Positions 49,841-58,708 of a DNA stretch of 64,000 nt are shown piece by piece. The DNA comes from Myxococcota bacterium (GTDB lineage: Bacteria > Myxococcota_A > SURF-8), in assembly GCA_963674735.2 (NCBI GenBank), contig CAXXQS010000001.1, positions 672,001-736,000 of the forward strand. The letters are read 5' to 3'. Made by a program: the position numbers and the translations under genes. The notes beneath the pieces are model-generated. The model was not told where the DNA came from. It worked only from the letters and a program-made list of their open reading frames with translations, and made no database searches. The first letter of the stretch is position 1. Each line of letters starts with the position of its first letter.

Positions 49841-52075
49841 TCAATCAAATAATCCTTCATCTTTCAAGCTTTGCACGAAGTCTTCTCCCGGCTGTGATCC
49901 GGCTTTATAAAAAACGGGCGGGTATCCGAGTCCGGCATCGGCAATCGTCACGTTTCCGCTCTGCTCGGTGTCCCCGTACTCCTCGCCGCTCCAGATATGC
50001 ACCCATCGGCCTTTTGGCAGGAATACATCGGCTTGGGTCGTTTCCGGGTCCATCACGGGAGCAACTAGGATTTCGGATCCGAAAAGCCATTGGTCCCCCA
50101 CTTCGTAGACGGCCGGATCGTCCGGGTAGTGAAGCATGAGATGGCGAATGAGGGGATAGCCTTTTGTCGCGGCTTCGTCCATGAGCGTTTTGCGGTAGGA
50201 ATCGAGAGCCTTGTAGACCTTGGCGAAGCGCGTGAAGTGGGCGTAGGTTTCCTCGTCGTGATAGAATTGCACATTATCCTCGGGCCGCACCCCTTCGTGC
50301 GAACGGAACATCGCGGTGAAGGCCGTGACTTCCATCCAACGCATCAGCAACTCTTTGGACCGGGTGTATTGGAGCCCGCTCATGTTGACGGTTGTAAAGC
50401 CTCCAACTTCGGTATAATTGAGGCTGTAACCGGATAAACCGGATGAAATCAGGCCTGTTACAGCCGATTTGAGCCCGTCGTATTCATCCCAGGTGACCAA
50501 CTGGTCGCCAGTCCAGAAAAGCGTACTGTATTCAGGACTGTGGGTGTACCCCGAACGCATGAAGAAGACGGCTTCGCCCAGAAGTCCTTCCTCTTCAAGG
50601 ACTTCCCGGTTGACCTTCGCCCATTCTACCGGATAGTTATTGTGCTCGACCACGCCACTTGAGCCGGAAGCGAGAACCGCATCGAAGGGTAGTGCCTCGG
50701 CATAATCCGCCATCCAGCCGGACGCGCCGCTGCCGATCAACTCGTCCTTAATGACCTGTTTGTACCACTCCCGTGCTTCAGGATTGGTGAAATCGATCAA
50801 ACCGGCACTGAAGTCCGTGTTGACGACTTCGTAAATCGACCCCACTTCGTTTTTAATGAAATAGCCGTTGTCGCGCGCTTCGGCATACAGGTTGCGGTCG
50901 TAGGCATCGGCGAGTTCCGGAATCTCATCGATGTTGACGAGTTGTGGGCTGAGATACGTCAAGACCCGGACGTTATCGTTGGCCAGGGTTTCGACCATGT
51001 CGCTCCATTGCGGGTATTGATTGTGATTGACACTCCAATTCCACCAGAGCTGGGTTCCGGCGAAGGTCTGCCGATTTCCCACCCAATCCTGCAACCAGAA
51101 TGCCGCCACCGGGCAATTGTTGGCTTGAAGCTGAGTCAGCTTGTCGTAAACCTGGGCTTCGCCGCCCTGGAGGCCGATCACCGCACCCTGGCCCACCCAA
51201 TCGGGCAAAGGCGGCATGCGGCCTGCGTAATCGGTATAAGCTTCGATGAGGTCGAGCGGCTGTTGGCCGTGCAGAATTGCGCCGCTCATGGCCGTCGCCA
51301 TGAGTTTGATCTCGACCAGATCGGGATCTTCCAGGTTAAAAAACGAAACTTCGCTGTTTTTAAGGAAAAACCCTCGCTTATGGCTCGTGATGAAATAGGG
51401 AGCGGCGGCATAAGTTGTGTACCAATCTCCTGCGGATCCGGGAGAAACGGCGTTGATCAGGTCTGTCAGCGGTTGAAGTCCACGGCCGATTCCTTGCTCC
51501 TGGGTGAGGACGGGGACTGTCAAACCCTTGAGATCTAAAATGGAAAATTGTTCGCCGAAGCCGAAGAAACGTTCATCTGCGGAACTGATAAATCGCAGGA
51601 TGACTTTGTCGATGGCTGGATCGGCGTTGGTGAGGTCTAGATCGAAATCGAGGCGATTGGGTGAAATGGACGTGAATGTCAGGGTATAGCCGCTTTGGCA
51701 ACCCGCTCCGGTGAGTTGGCCGGATACGGTTAACGACTGCTCGTCTTTCTGGCTGATAGCGTCGAGACTGAGCTGATCGCAAGTGTTATTGATGACTTCG
51801 TCGAATGTATAGGTTGCGCGTTCTTCGGTGATCTCGGTCTCGCTGGCCAGGGCGGCTACGAAATTGCCATTCGCGGGAGATTGCCAGAGTATCGTGTCGG
51901 GAGCCGACTGATGGCGGATCGTAAATTGGACCGGTTCGGTTGAAAGGTCGGCATGGACCTGAAAAGAACCGAGTTTAAAGTCGGTGATATCATTTGTGGG
52001 CGAATCGGAATCCGAACAAGCGGAGAGTGAAAACATGATTACCATGCCGAGCAAAACGAGCTTCAAGTGTTTCAT
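49841..52075 (-). CDS. GH31 alpha-glucosidase lipoprotein, YihQ-like
   Basis: Lipobox LSAC; FGFGEQFS, EQGIGR, GWMADYAE (nucleophile), WTGDQ (acid/base), RSHEG. Confidence 0.9.
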   Translation of the reverse strand: MKHLKLVLLGMVIMFSLSACSDSDSPTNDITDFKLGSFQVHADLSTEPVQFTIRHQSAPDTILWQSPANGNFVAALASETEITEERATYTFDEVINNTCDQLSLDAISQKDEQSLTVSGQLTGAGCQSGYTLTFTSISPNRLDFDLDLTNADPAIDKVILRFISSADERFFGFGEQFSILDLKGLTVPVLTQEQGIGRGLQPLTDLINAVSPGSAGDWYTTYAAAPYFITSHKRGFFLKNSEVSFFNLEDPDLVEIKLMATAMSGAILHGQQPLDLIEAYTDYAGRMPPLPDWVGQGAVIGLQGGEAQVYDKLTQLQANNCPVAAFWLQDWVGNRQTFAGTQLWWNWSVNHNQYPQWSDMVETLANDNVRVLTYLSPQLVNIDEIPELADAYDRNLYAEARDNGYFIKNEVGSIYEVVNTDFSAGLIDFTNPEAREWYKQVIKDELIGSGASGWMADYAEALPFDAVLASGSSGVVEHNNYPVEWAKVNREVLEEEGLLGEAVFFMRSGYTHSPEYSTLFWTGDQLVTWDEYDGLKSAVTGLISSGLSGYSLNYTEVGGFTTVNMSGLQYTRSKELLMRWMEVTAFTAMFRSHEGVRPEDNVQFYHDEETYAHFTRFAKVYKALDSYRKTLMDEAATKGYPLIRHLMLHYPDDPAVYEVGDQWLFGSEILVAPVMDPETTQADVFLPKGRWVHIWSGEEYGDTEQSGNVTIADAGLGYPPVFYKAGSQPGEDFVQSLKDEGLFD

Positions 52076-52121
52076 GGATCTTTCTCCCGGTTCTTTGATA
52101 GGCGATTCCCATTCGGCCCCA

Positions 52122-52149
52122 AGTTTACCGAACCCTGATCGCTTGTCAA
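52122..52149 (-). promoter_or_regulatory. sigma70-type promoter for the GH31 gene
   Basis: Minus strand reads TTGACA-N16-TAAACT. Confidence 0.55.
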
Positions 52150-52397
52150 TTTTAGAGTGATCGTGTCGTGCCGCAAAATTGGTATGGATGAAGTAAGGTG
52201 TTGAATTTTGGCTACCTCTAAAAATCCATATTCTGCTGCGAACGATTCTTTTCTAGCCGGATCGCTTCCCCCAATCCTCGACGTATCTTACTGATATGCC
52301 TACGGTTGTGAAAAACACCCGGTCTCGAAAATCCTTTGTTTTCGTAACGAATAGCTATTTTTGAGGTAGCCTTATTTCGATAAGCTCTGCGTCTGGA

Positions 52398-52427
52398 TTG
52401 ACACTCGGGTCCACTTGTCGGTATACT
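52398..52427 (+). promoter_or_regulatory. sigma70-type promoter for rph-rdgB
   Basis: TTGACA-N18-TATACT, about 45 nt upstream of ATG 52472. Confidence 0.6.
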
Positions 52428-52471
52428 CCGTCCTTCTTTCGGATGAAGGAACAGAAAAGGAGCGAGCGTTT

Positions 52472-53209
52472 ATGCGAGATGATGGACGAGCTGCAAATCA
52501 GGCGCGACTTGGTAAAATTGAAACCGGCTTTCAAAAATATCCCGATGGTTCGGTTCTTATTACCTGTGGGGAAACGCGGGTTATCTGTGCCGCGCATGCC
52601 GAACCGGGTACCCCGTCTTTTCTGAACGGCACGGGCCAGGGTTGGGTGACGGCCGAATACGCCATGATGCCGGGAGCCGGACAGGGGCGCACTCGCCGTG
52701 AACGACAAACCGGGGGACGCTCGTCCGAAATCCAGCGCCTGATCGGCCGTTCATTGCGATCGGTGTGCGATCTGACACGTTTGGGCGAGCAAACCATTAC
52801 CGTGGATTGTGATGTGCTTCAGGCGGATGGGGGAACACGCACGGCGTCGATTACCGGCGCGTTCGTCGCTCTGGTCCTGGCGCTCGATCGGGTCCGCAGT
52901 ATGGGACTGATTGCCGAACTTCCGTTGACCGACTCGCTGGCCGCCATCAGCGCCGGTGTCGTGGATGGTGAGGTGTTATTGGACTTGAAATACAGCGAAG
53001 ATTACCGGGCCGAAGTCGACATGAACGTGGTGATGACCGGCTCGGGCAAGCTGGTCGAGGTTCAGGGTACGGCCGAAGGTGCCCCGTTTTCCCGTGAGAC
53101 GATGAATGTCATTATGGATTATTGCGCTGCAGGTTGCGCTGATCTGGCCGCCTTGCAGCGCTCAGCTTTAGGACCGTTGTTCGATGAAATTGCTGCTAGC
53201 CACACATAA
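52472..53209 (+). CDS. rph: Ribonuclease PH
   Basis: MRDDGR, GWVTAEYAM, EIQRLIGRSLR, DCDVLQADGGTRTASITG, EVQGTAEG; AAGGAG RBS. Confidence 0.97.
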   Translation: MRDDGRAANQARLGKIETGFQKYPDGSVLITCGETRVICAAHAEPGTPSFLNGTGQGWVTAEYAMMPGAGQGRTRRERQTGGRSSEIQRLIGRSLRSVCDLTRLGEQTITVDCDVLQADGGTRTASITGAFVALVLALDRVRSMGLIAELPLTDSLAAISAGVVDGEVLLDLKYSEDYRAEVDMNVVMTGSGKLVEVQGTAEGAPFSRETMNVIMDYCAAGCADLAALQRSALGPLFDEIAASHT

Positions 53210-53783
53210 CAAGGGAAAAGTCAAAGATCTCCAATCCTTACTTTCCGATAGCCCCTTCGAAGTGCTGTCGTTGGATGATTGGGGGGAGATTCCGGATGTG
53301 GAAGAAGATGGCGATACTTTTCTGGCCAATGCCGAAAAGAAGGCCAGAGAATATCACCGCTTGACCGGCTTACCCACCTTGGCTGACGATTCGGGACTGG
53401 TGGTGGATGCTTTGAATGGCGATCCGGGGGTGCGTTCGGCACGATATGCCGGAGAGCCGAGCGACTCGGCTAAGAACCGGGAAAAGCTGCTTGAGGAACT
53501 CGCGAAATCGGACTCGTCACTGGGACGGCGAGCCCGTTTCGAGTGTGTGCTGGTTTACGTGGATGACCGGGGCCACCGGATTGTCACGGAAGGAACCTGT
53601 GAGGGCGAAATAGCCTGGGAACCGAAAGGTTACAATGGGTTCGGATATGACCCGGTGTTCGTCCACGCTTCTCATGGCGGGCGCACCATGGGTGAGGTCA
53701 GTCGCGAGGAAAAAAATGTGGTTAGCCACCGCGGGGTGGCGTTACGTCGTATGCGTACGGAACTGATTAAGCTGATCGGGTAG
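53184..53783 (+). CDS. rdgB: dITP/XTP pyrophosphatase (HAM1 family)
   Basis: ATHNKGK, ADDSGL, PGVRSARYA, GFGYDPVF, SHRG. Confidence 0.96.
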   Translation: MKLLLATHNKGKVKDLQSLLSDSPFEVLSLDDWGEIPDVEEDGDTFLANAEKKAREYHRLTGLPTLADDSGLVVDALNGDPGVRSARYAGEPSDSAKNREKLLEELAKSDSSLGRRARFECVLVYVDDRGHRIVTEGTCEGEIAWEPKGYNGFGYDPVFVHASHGGRTMGEVSREEKNVVSHRGVALRRMRTELIKLIG

Positions 53784-53858
53784 AAAAATCGTGACGGCGA
53801 CTTTTCGGGCCGTGATTGGGCTCACTGTAAAATAGTCAGTGCTGAAGAGGGTAGGAAG

Positions 53859-54755
53859 ATGGAGCGGATTAAATCGCCGATGGAGACCATGTCGATTCCC
53901 AGTGGGGATGGAACACGTTTGAATGTGGTGATTGTCGGGAACGGACCCCATCGGTGGCTGCTGCCGCCCGGACTCGGAACCCCGATTCTGTCTTGGAAAT
54001 ATCTGTTTGAATACTTCCACAAGAAAATGACCATCGTTACCTGGGATCCGCGAGGGTGCTATGATTCAGAAATACCCAGTGATATAGGCCGATTACGTGT
54101 TGAGGACCACGTCGACGACGCCATGGCGGTCGTGCGTGCGATGGGGTGGGAGAAGGAAACGTTCGTTACCGGTGGCTGGAGCATGGGGATTGAAATCGGT
54201 CTGGAGATCTATCGCCGTATGCCCGAAAACATTCAGGCGCTCACGCTCATCAACGGCGCTTTCGAGCACGTTTTGCGAACCGCCTTCGGGTTTGTGCCCA
54301 AAGCCGACGTGCTTTTACGTGGGACGCTCCACGGCATGGCCACCGCTTCTCCGGTGTTTGCCCCGCTCTCAAGTTATCTGCTTGGTCAGGACTGGGCTAT
54401 CAAGTTTTTGAAATCACTTGGAATTGTGACCGCCAATGAGGACTTCTTCGGCGAAGTGGTGCAGGAATTCCGGCGTCTCGACTTCGGTCCTTATTTCCGG
54501 ATGATTCTCAAGCTCGACGAACACTCCGCTCGTCCGATTTTGAGGACGGTCAAAGTGCCGACGCTGGTGACGGCGGGTACCATGGACAAAATGACTCCTA
54601 TGTCGGTGTCACGGGCTATGCATGAGCGTATCCCCGATAGCGATTTCTTTGTAATTCCAAACGGAACCCATTATACCACCTTGGAATATCCGGAAATTGT
54701 CAATCTCAAGCTGGATCAGTTCTTCCGAAACCGGGTTTTTTCTGAAACCTGGTAA
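53859..54755 (+). CDS. Alpha/beta hydrolase
   Basis: WDPRG, GWSMG nucleophile elbow, GTMDKMTP, GTH. Confidence 0.9.
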   Translation: MERIKSPMETMSIPSGDGTRLNVVIVGNGPHRWLLPPGLGTPILSWKYLFEYFHKKMTIVTWDPRGCYDSEIPSDIGRLRVEDHVDDAMAVVRAMGWEKETFVTGGWSMGIEIGLEIYRRMPENIQALTLINGAFEHVLRTAFGFVPKADVLLRGTLHGMATASPVFAPLSSYLLGQDWAIKFLKSLGIVTANEDFFGEVVQEFRRLDFGPYFRMILKLDEHSARPILRTVKVPTLVTAGTMDKMTPMSVSRAMHERIPDSDFFVIPNGTHYTTLEYPEIVNLKLDQFFRNRVFSETW

Positions 54756-55266
54756 GTTTAATCAATGAAATTGACCGTTTAGAACATATGCGATAAGAGA
54801 GGCGTGTCCTAGTCCTGTCGATGCATCGCTGTTTGGCATGGGTTTGCCCAAATAATGTGCAAAAAGAGTGAATGAAAGGACGCGGGAAGCCATCTAATCA
54901 TATGTAAGCCTGGTAACACTGTCAGGTGAACGATGAACCGGTCACGTGTTCTTTCTCAAGCAGTTAGGGGTCTTTGAGCTTCCCTTCCTTCTCTCCCCAT
55001 GGATAGAGAGCATAGCAAGATGCAAGACCCCGATCGGTCCGACCCGAAGATGCCCGGACGATTGCCTGGCAGTCGGGTTTGCACCGACTTCCTCCCCATC
55101 CTTCGAAAAAATACCGGTTTTCAGGGTGGAGGGTCGGATCGTTTTCTTTTTACTTACACTCAACTCACATCTGTAATCGTGCCGTTTCCGCTAGGCGGCC
55201 GGGATCATCAAAATGCTTATCGGGATTATCAGCGGGTTGTGTTCGGGATGCTAACGGCATATTCCA

Positions 55267-55662
55267 TCAGAAAAATTTGTTCCAAACCATATCTTCGTAG
55301 TGAACGGCGTGGGGACCATAGACTTCGGCTCCTTCGGCATTGACCACGAAAGTGGCCTGTTCGCCCGCCACTTTCGAGAAAAAGACGGCATAATCTTTTC
55401 CCTGATCTACAATGACTCGAATCATGGCAATATTCGGATTCGCCTTCGATGTCAGATTGCCGCGGCATACGGGACAGAGGAATTCCCATATCTGTCCTTT
55501 TTCGAGAGTAATATTTTCCGGAAGCGACAGGGAGTAATTTCCGGGGGTTTCGTTGAACAGAAAAAGTCCCCGGCCAAATTCGCAATCCGCCAGTAACACG
55601 ATATTTTCGGTGGCGGGATTTAGATGGGCTCCGCAAATCGGGCAGTGGTAAGACCAACGCAT
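55267..55662 (-). CDS. Hypothetical protein with two CxxC motifs (Zn-binding)
   Basis: AAGGAGG RBS before ATG 55662; YHCPICGAHL and FLCPVCRGNL. Confidence 0.78.
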   Translation of the reverse strand: MRWSYHCPICGAHLNPATENIVLLADCEFGRGLFLFNETPGNYSLSLPENITLEKGQIWEFLCPVCRGNLTSKANPNIAMIRVIVDQGKDYAVFFSKVAGEQATFVVNAEGAEVYGPHAVHYEDMVWNKFF

Positions 55663-56358
55663 GGCTTCCTCCTTGATTACGGGTGGTGTAGCCTTCGGGT
55701 GGTTGTCAAACCTTATCAACCGCCGGTATTCATATCGGTCGAAGCAGGCGGTCTTCAATGATTTCCCAGTACTGATTTTAGCAGACCTGCACGATGGCTT
55801 CAATGAGAAACGCCCCGTATCGAAAGTGATGGGTGCATTACAAAATATTGCGATTGATCGTCAAAACCGCTCGTGGTGAGTGATTTGCGGAGCAAATTGT
55901 ATCGAACCACGCGGTTTTCAGACCCGATCCCTCGATACAATGCCCGACGGGCGTCACCCGGGAGGAGCGGATTTGAGGGGGCTCGGAAATGGCAACATCC
56001 TGTGATGCACCCGAAGGGGATGGGGATTCGTACAACGTATATCGGGCTCGATCTACATTATTCACCCAACTGTTAGGTGTCCACTCTTTCCGGGGAAGAT
56101 CATTTCGGCAAGCTGTAGCAATGTGAGTCGATTCTGTGCTACTTTCTTATCAGCGGTCATGATTCGTTCCTTCCGATATATGGTTGTTTGGTCACTTCCA
56201 TTATCCCGAGAGGACGACCGCCGGCCAGTCCTGGAAGCTTTGCGGTTCCCTAAGGACTGGCCTCATACGATGTGTCGATTGTACGGGAAGATACTGACTT
56301 TTTCAGGGATACGACGAGCACGCCATTCCGCTGGTGCCGTCTGCTTTGAGAAATTTGC

Positions 56359-57459
56359 ATGAACGACAAAAATACCATTTCGGTTTGCGCTCCCCGGCGG
56401 TTTTCACGATCCGTTCGTGTGGGGCCGTGTGTGATCGGTGGAGATGCGCCCATCAGCATCCAATCCATGACTACTCATCGACCCCGTGATGTCGAGGCGA
56501 CTGTCAGTCAGATTGTAGCACTAGAGACGGCGGGTTGCGATCTGGTGCGGGTGGCCCTGCGTAACCGTGACGATGCCGAAGCTTTAGGCCGGGTGCGGGC
56601 ACGCATCCGCATTCCGCTGATTGCCGATATCCATTTCGACTATCGCTTGGCGCTTTTGGCCTTGGAACAAGGGGTGGACGGACTGCGCGTCAATCCTGGA
56701 AATCTGGGGGGCGATGATCGGGCTCGGACGGTGATTGAAGCGGCCAAAGAACGCGAGATACCCATTCGCATCGGAGTCAATGCCGGGTCGCTCGATAAAC
56801 GCATCCATGCGGAACACCATGGCATCACGCCTGCGGCCTTGGTCGCTTCGGCGATGAAGGAATTGGCGCTTTTCGAGGAAATGGGTTACGACCAGGTCAA
56901 GGTCAGCCTGAAGGCATCCGATCCGATCGTGACGATTGCCGCCAATCGGCTTTTCACGGCCCAAAGCGAGGTTCCTTTGCACCTTGGCGTGACGGAGGCC
57001 GGTCCTCCTGTTACCGGTACGGCGCGTTCGGCGGCGGCTTTGGCGGTGCTTCTGGCCGAGGGGATCGGCGACACGATCCGGGTTTCTCTTTCTGGCGACC
57101 CGGTCCAGGAGGTTCAAGTTGCGCGGACGTTGCTGGAATCTCTGGGCCTGCGGACTCCCGGTTGCCGCGTGGTGGCCTGTCCGACCTGCGGTCGTTGTCG
57201 TGCGTCGGATCTGCCGGGACTGGCGGCGCGAATCGAGCAGCGCTTGCAGGGGATGCACGAATCGTTGACCGTGGCGATAATGGGTTGTGAGGTCAATGGC
57301 CCCGGTGAAGCGGCGGCGGCCGATCTCGGGTTGGCCTGCGCCGGAACGCGCTGGCGGTTGTTTGCAAAAGGTGAAGCCTTGCATACGGTTACCGAAGAAG
57401 AGGCCGAAGATTCTTTAATGATGGAAATTCAGCGATGGCGCACGGCGCGCGAACGCTAG
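56359..57459 (+). CDS. ispG: 4-hydroxy-3-methylbut-2-en-1-yl diphosphate synthase
   Basis: IQSMT, ADIHF, RVNPGN, IRIGVNAGSL, HLGVTEAG, GIGDTIRVSL, CPTCGR, MGCEVNGPGE. Confidence 0.97.
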   Translation: MNDKNTISVCAPRRFSRSVRVGPCVIGGDAPISIQSMTTHRPRDVEATVSQIVALETAGCDLVRVALRNRDDAEALGRVRARIRIPLIADIHFDYRLALLALEQGVDGLRVNPGNLGGDDRARTVIEAAKEREIPIRIGVNAGSLDKRIHAEHHGITPAALVASAMKELALFEEMGYDQVKVSLKASDPIVTIAANRLFTAQSEVPLHLGVTEAGPPVTGTARSAAALAVLLAEGIGDTIRVSLSGDPVQEVQVARTLLESLGLRTPGCRVVACPTCGRCRASDLPGLAARIEQRLQGMHESLTVAIMGCEVNGPGEAAAADLGLACAGTRWRLFAKGEALHTVTEEEAEDSLMMEIQRWRTARER

Positions 57460-57473
57460 CAAAGGTTCCGATA

Positions 57474-58700
57474 ATGAGTGACAATGCGACATCAACCCCT
57501 GCGCGTGTGATTTTGAAGGCGAAACGAGACCGTTCGGTGCGTCAGGGTCACCCCTGGGTCTTTTCCGGATCGGTGCAGCGTGTTGAAGGCGAAGCGGCTC
57601 CTGGTGAAATTGTCGTGGTGACCGATAGCAACGGGCAAGCGTTGGCCAGCGGCTTCTACAATCCCCAAAGTGCGATTCGGGTGCGTCTGCTTGCCCCCGG
57701 TCACCTGACGGAAGATCGCGCGCGGTTGCGGGTCAAACAGTGTTTGACGCGTGCCATCGAGTCGCGCCGTCGCCTGTTCGATCCGGCCGAAACCGACGCC
57801 TTCCGAATCGTCAACGGTGAAGGCGATGGGCTTTCAGGTTTGATCATCGACGCCTACGCCGGGCATCTGGTCATTCAGCCTCTGGCTTTTTGGGTGGGAG
57901 CGCGTCTAGACTGGTTGGTCGACACCCTGCGCGAAATCTGGGGGCCGGACCTCCTCCAAGGACTCTGGTTGCGTCCGCGTGCCGAAGCATCGAATCAGGA
58001 AGGCATGTCGCTTGAAGAGGGTCGCTTGGATGGCGGCGACCCCACGCAAAACCTCATTCGGATTCGCGAGGGCGGACTGCTTTACGATGTCGATGTGGCG
58101 GCGGGTCAGAAAACCGGTTTTTACCTCGACCAACGCGATAACCGTTTGGCATTGCGGAATTTCTGCAAGGATGCGCGGGTTCTCAACCTCTTTGCATACA
58201 CCGGTGGTTTTTCGCTCAATGCGCTCAAAGGCGGTGCGCGCGAGGTGGTGTCGGTGGATTCGAGTGCCCCGGCCATGGAATCGCTTGCCCGGCATATTGA
58301 ATTGAATGATTTCTCGTCGACGAGCGTCGCGAAAGTGGCCGACGTCAAACAGATTCTCCCTGAGATGGAACGCGCGGGAGAACGTTTCGATGTGGTGGTC
58401 TGCGATCCCCCCGCTCTGGCCAAGCGCCGCAACAGCGTCGACCGCGCCGCGCGGGCATATAAGGATTTCAATCGACGCGCGATGCTGATGATCGACGACG
58501 GGGTTTTGTTCACCTTTTCCTGTTCCCCCTTTATCGATGCGACGCTGTTCCGCAAGATGGTTTTCAGTGCGGCCGTTGACAGCGGGCACGAAGCCGCCGT
58601 CCTGCGCGTATTGGGGCCCGGTCTCGATCACCCCGTGGATTTGCGCCACCCGGAAGGCGATTATCTCAACGGGTTGATTCTGCGTATTCGCAAACACTGA
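57474..58700 (+). CDS. rlmI: RlmI-like 23S rRNA m5C1962 methyltransferase
   Basis: GHPWVF, GEGDGLSG, GQKTGFYLDQRDNR, LNLFAYTGGFS, DPP, FSCS. Confidence 0.88.
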   Translation: MSDNATSTPARVILKAKRDRSVRQGHPWVFSGSVQRVEGEAAPGEIVVVTDSNGQALASGFYNPQSAIRVRLLAPGHLTEDRARLRVKQCLTRAIESRRRLFDPAETDAFRIVNGEGDGLSGLIIDAYAGHLVIQPLAFWVGARLDWLVDTLREIWGPDLLQGLWLRPRAEASNQEGMSLEEGRLDGGDPTQNLIRIREGGLLYDVDVAAGQKTGFYLDQRDNRLALRNFCKDARVLNLFAYTGGFSLNALKGGAREVVSVDSSAPAMESLARHIELNDFSSTSVAKVADVKQILPEMERAGERFDVVVCDPPALAKRRNSVDRAARAYKDFNRRAMLMIDDGVLFTFSCSPFIDATLFRKMVFSAAVDSGHEAAVLRVLGPGLDHPVDLRHPEGDYLNGLILRIRKH

Positions 58701-58708
58701 GAAAGTGG

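Noticed and set aside
53784-53858. tRNA downstream of rph-rdgB
   Set aside because: No cloverleaf, TTC T-loop or CCA end is visible.
54855-54900. Cyclic di-GMP-I riboswitch (GCAAA...GGACGC)
   Set aside because: It lacks the paired GNRA stem and GCAAAG, and no gene lies downstream on that strand.
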